A stretch of 28,955 nt of DNA from a virus (lineage: Duplodnaviria > Caudoviricetes), in the IMG/VR virus record IMGVR_UViG_3300042347_000438, positions 1-28,955 of that record; one strand, given 5' to 3'. Position numbers and translations under genes: made by a program. The notes below the pieces were generated by a model. That model was not told the DNA's origin. It saw only the letters and a program-made list of their open reading frames with translations, and ran no database searches. Shown here in pieces: positions 10,378 through 19,300 of the stretch (its first letter is position 1; each line of letters opens with the position of its first letter).

Positions 10378-13300
10378 ATGGCCAAAGACATTAACGAAAT
10401 CATTTCCATGGGCACCCCCATGGAGAACGATCAAACCGCAGGATCTCCATGGATGCCTGGATCAAGTGTTTCTGCCGCAAACCTTGAAGACGGCCAGGAT
10501 CTTGTCATCTCGAAGGGCGGGAAGCTGCTTCGTGTAAAGTACAACAAGGCCACCGGGAAGCTTCAGCACACCGATGAAAAGATGGAGCCAATGACTCCTG
10601 CCGGTGGAAGCGGATACGGAGCATACAATGTTCCGATGATGCCGGCTATGGCTCAGAAGGTGACTTCGATTGATCCTTCTGAGATCGAGGCCTTTGCCAC
10701 GGGCAACTCTGCGCTCGAACAGTTTGGCAAGTCTGCCGCACGTGCCGCCCCCTCTGCTATCGCCGGGGCCGGTGGCTTCATGCTTGGCATGGAAGCCGGA
10801 GCTCCGTTTGTTGGCGTTCCTGTCGTTGGTCCCGCCATTCCGTTCGTTACCGGCCTTGCCGGATCCATGATGGCTGCTGGTGGCACCCAAGCTGCCCTTG
10901 ACTCGGCCGGCTGGCTTCAGCCCGGAGATGCCGAGCGTGAAGCTATCAATCAGCTTCAAAATCCGAATGCCACGATTGCCGGAAATTTCGCCCCGACGCT
11001 CCTGTCTTTCCGTCCTTCCGCAACTATCCTCAAACAGGCCGCAGGGCTTGAAGGTGCCATGGCTCAGAAGGCTGCGCTTGGAACCATGGCCAAGGGCGGT
11101 CTCCTAAACACCGGCATTGCTTATGGCAGCAACATGGCTCACGCAGCCGTCCATGGAGCTCAGAGCACGGATCGTCTTACCGCCTTCGGCAGATCTCTTT
11201 TGCCTGGAGCCGACATTGAACAGGAATGGGGCGGTTCTTTTGGCGAGCACATGGGTGGCATCGCAAAGGAATTCGCCCTCGGCGCCGGCGTCCTCCACAA
11301 GCCGTGGCTTGCCGGTACTCCGTTCCACAACCTTGCCGCCAAGATCGGTGGCAAGCCGCAGAACATGGTCACTTTCACGGGCGCACCTACGTACAACGCC
11401 AGGGTCGCCCAGATGGCTCACGTCACGGCAAGCATGCAAGCAGCGGCCCAGCGCCGTTCCCAGCAGGAAGCCGCCCAGCTTGAGGGGGTTGACGTAGACG
11501 CAGCACGAGAAGCTCCGGTATTCAACGCCGGTCTTAATGCAAAAGAAAGGGCCGGCATCGATAAGATCAAGTCCATGCTGACCGAGGCCTGGAACCAAAA
11601 GGTGATCAGCAAAGAGCAACATGATGTTGCGCAGACCATCACGGACACGCTTGGCCGTGAGATGCTCAAGCACATTGAGCTAACCCAGATCGGAGGAAAT
11701 GCAGATGTTCTCGGAAAGTCTGAACCGAGCAAAACTGATGCAAACGCCCAGGCCGCAAAGCAGACCAGGGCTCTCCTTAATTCTGTGACGGTTTTTGCAA
11801 GAGCGATCGAGACCGGTCGTTTTCATGATACGTTTATTCATGAAATCAGCCACCCTGCCTTTGAGAGCCTTTCAAAGGATCAGCAGCGCCGTGTGTTTGA
11901 GGACATGGTTCGTGAGCGAGTCCGGGCGAGAAGCGAAAGCCGTGTTCTTGACACGGTTCTGAACATCATGGGGATCCGCAATGACAACGGAGGCAACACC
12001 TCCGATTGGCACTTCAAGTCCCATAAGTTTAGCGAGCGTGACATGCTTTTGATACTCCGTGAGCTCCGCAGCTCCGGTATTGAAACCAGGGATAAGACCG
12101 GCCGTGAGATCTTCGCACTAAATAAAGACGACGGAACATACCGCCTTAATCCCAACTTCTTCGACGGACAGACGCTTAGTGAAAACATCTGGCACACGAA
12201 ACGACTTAACCGTCTTGAAAGCGTCCGTGAATTCTTCACGGAGGAGATGGCGAAGGGTATCCTTGCCCGTGGTAAGTATGACGTGAAGTGGGGCGCCATT
12301 AAGAACAACAAGATCCGCAACTTCATCATTTCCACCTACCATGGCATGGTTGCGGCGCTTGAGCGTGTCATGGGCAAGCGTGCGGCCGTTGATCACATCA
12401 TTGACCAGATCACGAAGGGCCACTTTAAGAACGTAACCAGGACCGGCACCGGGGAGATTGCGCCGGCAGAAGCCAGAACCATGGCAGATGGTCGTGTCAT
12501 TGACGTAACGACAAAGAGGACGGACGCACATCTCCAAACCCTCAAGAAGGGTCTCGGAGAGCTCCAAGCAAAGGAACCTGGCCTTTACAGGGCTAAGTAT
12601 GCCCATCGAATTCAGCAGATCGGCGACATGCTCTTTGATAGCGAGCAACAAGACGCTGCATCGGCTGAAGCTGTTGAAGCCCAGGTAGAAAGCCAGGCTC
12701 CGCAGCCTCGCCTTAGCGAAGACGACGCAAGCCCCGGCCTTCCCCGTGACGCCAAGGAAGCCCTCAAGAAGCTCGGCATCAAGGACACCGTGATCGGCAA
12801 CGTGGTGCGCCACTCCACGATCGGACACATCGAGTCTGACTATCCGGTTATCACTTCCGGCGAACAAGCTGCGCACGTATTCCGAAGCACGGCCCAGGCC
12901 ACCCAGGAAAGCATGCAAGTCCTGGTCACGGACAAGGACGGCCGTCCGCTTGAGATCTACCGACACACCATGAGCGAGCCTGGATCATCCCAGCTCTCTC
13001 CGATGATCATGCTGTCACAGGCTCTCGGCGTGAAGGGAGCCAAGAACATCTGGATCACCCACAACCATCCGTCCGAGACGTTTAGTTTCTCAAGTGCGGA
13101 CGAGATCGCCTACGACAACACCAAGAGGACGCTCAAGAACACGGGCATCAAGCTGGCCGGCTTCCTTGCGATCGCCGGCAAGCGCTTCGCTCACGTCGGC
13201 CCCGGAACCATGGGGCACGTTACCGAAAATAACGCCATCCCGGACCGCACCGGCGGCCAGACCCATCGAATTCCCATCGTTGAACGTCGTTTCTCGATCC

Positions 13301-16300
13301 CACGTGGAGGACCGGAAGACCACCTGGATACGCAAAGCGGACACAACGAGCTGGGCCAGCGCCTACTCATCAAGCGACTTCTTTCAGACAAGCCTGGCGT
13401 CATCTTCCTCGACCGAAACAGCATGGCCGTAGGAAAGCAGGAGATCAGCATCGAGAAGATGCAGAAGCTTGGTCACACCGGCGTCCGCAACCTACTTGGC
13501 GCCTTCGACCGATCTGGCGCAACCAACATGATCGTGAGCGTCGGAGACGGGTCCATCCCGATCGACGTCCGTGAGCTCGCAGCAAAGAACGTCACCAACA
13601 TGGTGGCCCAGGTCAAGGGCTACGGAATGGAGCTCGGCGTCAAGGCCGTGCTGACGAATGACGGAGACGCAAGAAGCCCGAACACCATACTCAAGACGCC
13701 GCATCACGGCGATCGAAGCGAAGGATTTAAGTCTGAAGACGCCCAGGATGCCGTGTTTGATCGTGGCGAAGACGAAACCCGTGTCGGTGTCGGCAAGATC
13801 AAGCCGCTTCATCGTGCGCCTAACACGCCCTTCCCGATGGTAGCGGACAAGCTCAAGGAATTCGGCATTACCTCCGGATACCTAAATCAGTTCTCCGAGC
13901 ACGCCATCGTCGGCGAGGTCAAGACCGGCGTCACCGAAGTCCGCACGGCCGGCGACGTCGCATCTCTGATGCACGACTACGCCGGCACGCTCGCCCAGGG
14001 GCAGACGATGATCTTGATCGTCGGCGCCGACGGCAAGCCCGTCCAGGTCGGTCTGCACATGGTCGATAAGTCGCAGATGACGGGGAACAACGACATCATC
14101 AAGCCCATGTGGGGTGTCCTCGCCGGCCAGGCCGTATCTACGCCTGGAGCCAAGGAGGCATGGTTCGTCCGCATCAATAACGACCTACGACCCAATCAGC
14201 TCGAAAACCCGATCACCGATACCGCCGTCGAAAGCGAAACGTCCCTCAAGAACCTTCTCGAAGGTTCCGGAATTCGTTACCGTGGCGTGGTCATGATGGC
14301 CGGCCGGAATTATTCCTCCATGGAATACCAGGACGGAGTCCAGCGCCCGGACATGGGGGCGTACAAGTTTGACGTAAATACGGTCAAACCTATGCCGATC
14401 CAGGTCAAGCCCCCCACCGGCACGATCCCGCTTACCGAGCGTCGTTACTCCACACGCAGTCAGATCCCGTACGAAGCCGGCGTTCAGATGCCGGACAGAA
14501 CGGAGCCTTCCGAGAACGCATCCTGGGGACGCACCGAGGCGGGAACGCAGAAGAAGCTCAACGAGCTGCTTGGCGGTCAGCCTGGCGTCATGTTCCGCAC
14601 GAGCTCCGGCAAGGTCACGGGCGTATTCCCGATGACCATCGACGAGATGACCAACATCCGCAACTCCCCCGCCCAGAGGAGCCTCCTGGCTATGATGGAT
14701 CGAGGCGGTGTAAATTGGGGTTTCGTCTCCGTCGGCGACAACGACTCAAGCACGCCGGAGGTCCGCAAGGCCACCTCCAACATCAACGCATTCTTGAAGC
14801 AGATGGGCTTGAAGGTCATCGACACCTACGGCCGATCCAAGATGCCGATCGACTCTGATCCGGAAAACCTCAGCATTCACGATTGGAAGTCCGAGGACTC
14901 GGATACGGTTGACCTAAATGATGGTCTCCTTGACATGTCGCATCAGTATCGCCCCGGAGCCCAGCAGATGCCTGGCTTTGAGAGCGATGGAAATCTTTTC
15001 AAGGGCAAGGATGGCTACGTCCTTGGAACCATTAGCACCGACGACCTTGCCGGCGGAACGATCACCGGCGAACACGGAAACAACGTGTTCATGCAGCCGG
15101 GACGGAAGGTATCCATCGTTCTTCCGGAAGGTGTCGAGTTTGACCGTTATGAAAAAGGCCAGGGCAAAGGTGGGTACGGCCGGGCCCACGCTGGGCGTGC
15201 TGGCGGCAACAAGCTCCAGGAAATCTTTGACAAGCTTGGGATGACTCCGGATGAGGCGATCAAGTTCATCACGGAGAATTTCAAGCACGGGTTTATCAAC
15301 CCGAAGAACCCGGAAGTAATCGAGCTCAAGCTTCCTTTTGCTGGAAACTTCAAGCTTGGCAATGGAGTCAATGATCCGATGGGGCTCAAGATGATGATCA
15401 GAATTGTCCCTAAGGTCGTTGATAAGGACGGGAACCTGGTTGCAACCGTACAAAACATCATCCCGGACAAGTATTCACGATCTGTCCGTGAGCAGCATCC
15501 GAGGTTCGGCTCTCGCTTGATGCCGGAACAAACAAAGGCACTTTTTAAGCCAAGAGAATTTTCCGGAGAGCATCCTGGAGACGCAAACATTACGCAGGAC
15601 AAGAGCATCAACCAGCATGAATACTTTTCTGGATCTCTTGAAACCCGCCCAACCATGGTCGAGCGCAAGGGTTACACGGAAAAGGAAGGCTTCCAGAAGG
15701 ACAAGGACTACCAGATGTGGTCCGAAGACGACTCGGCGTCATACAACGGCCGTGCGGAAAGCCTGTTCAAGAATGACCGTGTGGTCGGGCCGGAGGAGAT
15801 CAAGGGCGGTTTCCTTGCCTGGATGAACAGCACCAAGGAAATGGCCAAGGAGCACCTTTTCGAGCTCCCCTGGCCTGGCAATGGCGAACGTGGAACCTTT
15901 GAGCAAGACGAGGCGTTCAACGCCGGCCGTCGAGCCCAGCACGCAACGATCGACCAGGTCCTTGCCAAGCTGACCAAGCAGAAGGGCTTCAACCCGATGA
16001 CCCTCAAGCCTGGCATGCTGAAGCGTGTCATTGCCTCTTCCCAGGAAGCCACGCTCCAGGCCTTCAAGGAGCTCGTCCGGGTCGCCAGCAACGTCCATGA
16101 ATTCGTCATCGACCAGCCGGCAGACATCGATGGCAACAGGGAGTGGGGACACGTCAAGCGTTACCACGCCAGCATCATCAAACAGGTCCAGCTTGGCATG
16201 GAGGCCGGCGTGATCTCGAAGCAGCACGGCCTTGAGATCATCGAGATGGCCAACGAAGTTCGCAGCCGCACCTTCACGGCATTCGACAACTATCGCAAGG

Positions 16301-19300
16301 AAAACGGCGGCGATCGGGAAAACTACTCCGAAGACTCCGAAAACATGCGTATCCCTGGAGGCGCCAGGGACGAAGCGATGAAGCGACGCCCGAAGCAGCC
16401 GATCAAGACCTACCTAAACATCGGCCACGGCGACGTGGAGGGCGAATACGGAAACGCACGATTGAAGGGCAATTTCAAGCCGGAGGATACTTTCCTCTAC
16501 ACCTACAACCACGGCAACGGCCGGTTCAACTACCAGAACATCGCAGAGATGGCCCAAGCCGCCGGCGTCGAGGCCAAGAACGCCGACGACTTCGCCCATG
16601 GCATGGGTGGCAACGGCATTGAAAACAACCTACGCCTGGGCCGGAATGACACCGGAACCACCGGTCGCATTGAGATCGATCACGAAGCCCAGCGGATCCT
16701 CGTTTCTGCCGGATCCGGCAAGGGCAAGCTCGACCCGGAATACACGTCGCCCAAGGAGCTCATGAGCCGAAGCGACGCACTCAAGGAGATCCGTGACAAC
16801 GTCGAGCGCCTCCAGGCCGAAGGCAAGCTGCCGAAGGGCTACAAGGTCGAAGGATACGGTTTTGCCAGGGAAAACCGTTTCAAGGAAAACTTCCAGGAGC
16901 GCTTCTCCGAGGATGACGGCGAGAACATGCGTATCCCTGGCGGTGCTCGTGACAACTTCCAGCGTCAATCTGCCAAGGTTAAGCGCCAGAAGCCGATCCG
17001 CTTCTGGACCGACGTCGGCCACGCCGACCGGACTGACGCAGAGGGCGAAGAAAACACCTACCTCTGGTATGCGACAAAAGACGGAGAGATCCAGGTCATT
17101 AGCGCCGACGAGCTCCGTAACTCGCAGACCCCGGAGGGCTATCAGCTCATCGACTCGTCCGACATCCCGACCCACTCGGATTGGGAGACGCACCTTGAGA
17201 TGGGCAACATCCAAGGTGACTACGGCAAACAGCCCATCATGGAGCTCCCGCACGGCCGTATCGATGACCGTGGCGACGTGACCAGGATCTCGTTCATGGA
17301 CGCCAAGAACCGTGAATTCTCCAGCCGTCCGTCCGACTACGAGCACAACCGTGAGCAGATCAAGAACAAGCTCGCCGAATTCATGGGCAAGAAGGCCGAG
17401 GACATGCCCGGATACGATTTCTCCGCCGGAATGACTCCGGAGCGCTTCTCTGAAGACGCCGAAAACATGCGCAGTCCTGGAGGCGCAAGGGACGCAGCCA
17501 TGAAGCGACGCCCCGTCACGCCGGCCAGGATCAGCATGTACTACACCGACATCGGCCACCCCGAAGGTCGTTACTACAAGGCTTCCGCTGGAGTGGAGGT
17601 CAACCCGGACAGCAGCCAGCAGTACCTGTGGGCATTCAACCAGCACGGGGAATTCAACATGATCAGCGTCAAGGATCTGACGGAGCAGTATGAAGCCAAG
17701 CGCCGGCGTGGCCAGGGCCGTGGCGCAGATGGTCGCCTCATGGACCAATACAATGAGTCCGACATCACCCACTCCCAATGGATGGCCGTTACCGGGGACA
17801 AGCTTGACTTCCGTAAGGTCGGATCGGGTCGCCTGGACATCATGCCCGACGGCAAGATCCGCATGAGCTGGGCCGCTGGAAGCGAGATGGACAGCACAGA
17901 AGCACGTGAGGCCAAGGCCGAGGAGATCAAATTCAATGCCTCAACCTTCCTTAATGGAGAGGGCAAGCGTGCAGCCAGGGTTTCTCCGGACAAGATCGCC
18001 GGATACGTATGGGACTCCTCCGGATCTGGAAGCGAGCCTGGACGCTTCTCTGAAGACGCAGAAAACGGCGTGTTCCCCAACCAGAACAAGGCCAAGGGAC
18101 GCATCCCGGACGTCAGAATTCGCAACGGTGAAACGGACCTTGGAGTGGTGCTCGCCCCTGGCGAAATCCTTGACTCGAAGGGCCTTCGCATCCGCACGCA
18201 GGGTAGCCAGGCTGGACTTCATTGGGGTGAGATCGGGCACGACGAAGCGCCTTGGGATGGCGATCCGGCCGTTCGTGATGCCTTTGAGTCCGGCAATCTC
18301 CAGGACGCATTCCGTGACGCAGACAACAGCCTGTTCGCCTTTGACTCCGAAGCCGGCGAAATTGATGTCGAGTTCACCAGGGATTACGAAACTCACCTCG
18401 CTCGCTGGGGTGACGGGCCCCAGGAGTATTGGGACAGCAGGGGAGAAGATAATAAAAATTGGGGCAAGATTGACCCCAGGTACACCTACCTTGGACGCAT
18501 CGAAGTCCCCGTGATCGGCAAGGACGGAACGCTCCTTCGCCGTGGACGCATCTCCCTGGCCAAGAATTCCGCAGACGTTTCGTGGATCGACACCAGCTCC
18601 GACATGACCAGGGCAGACATGCCCCCTGGGTTGCTCCAGAAGATCCGAGAAGAAGCAACGAGACAGGCCGTCCAGGAATACTCGTATCTCGACAGATACG
18701 GTGAACCGAAGACCAAAGAACAGGCACCGAAGCCGGACCATTTCGACATCTATGGATTTGGAATGGAGTCAGAAAAGGCGCAGATGGGCTTCTCTGAAAA
18801 AGACTACGGACCGTTGAAGCTGTCCGAGGACTCGGTCGAGGGCTACCGTGAGCTCGCAGAGCGACCGATCGGCGAAGGCAAGGAAGGCCGAGACAGGCTC
18901 AACAGCATGGTCGCCCGGATGTCCGAAGACTCCGACACCGTAAGCGAACCGCCCTTCGTGCCCCCCAGCGTGGCTCCGAACAAGAGCAACCTGGAGATCG
19001 CAAAGGACATCGTTACGGCTCGTTTCTTCACCGGCATCAGCACCAAGGCCCACGAGATCGCAGCAGCGTTCCCGAACAGCCGTGCCGCCAAGGCGGTCGC
19101 CAACCTTATCCACGCCCGTGCCGGCGCCGAAGCCGGCGTCACGCAGCTGGACATGCCGACGGCCATCATGAAGGAGCGCACCAAGCGCATGAACGAATTC
19201 TTCGACATCATGTCCCCGCTTCGTAGCGAATTCGCCTCCATGACCAAGGCCGACCGTGACCTGGCTTACCGTGAGCTTGCGGACATGATCACCGGAGAGA

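Noticed and set aside
16327-18066. Junction repeats as a CRISPR array or diversity-generating retroelement
   Set aside because: The repeats are short, in frame, vary at synonymous sites and are about 540-600 nt apart. There is no reverse transcriptase and no adenine-specific TR/VR pair.
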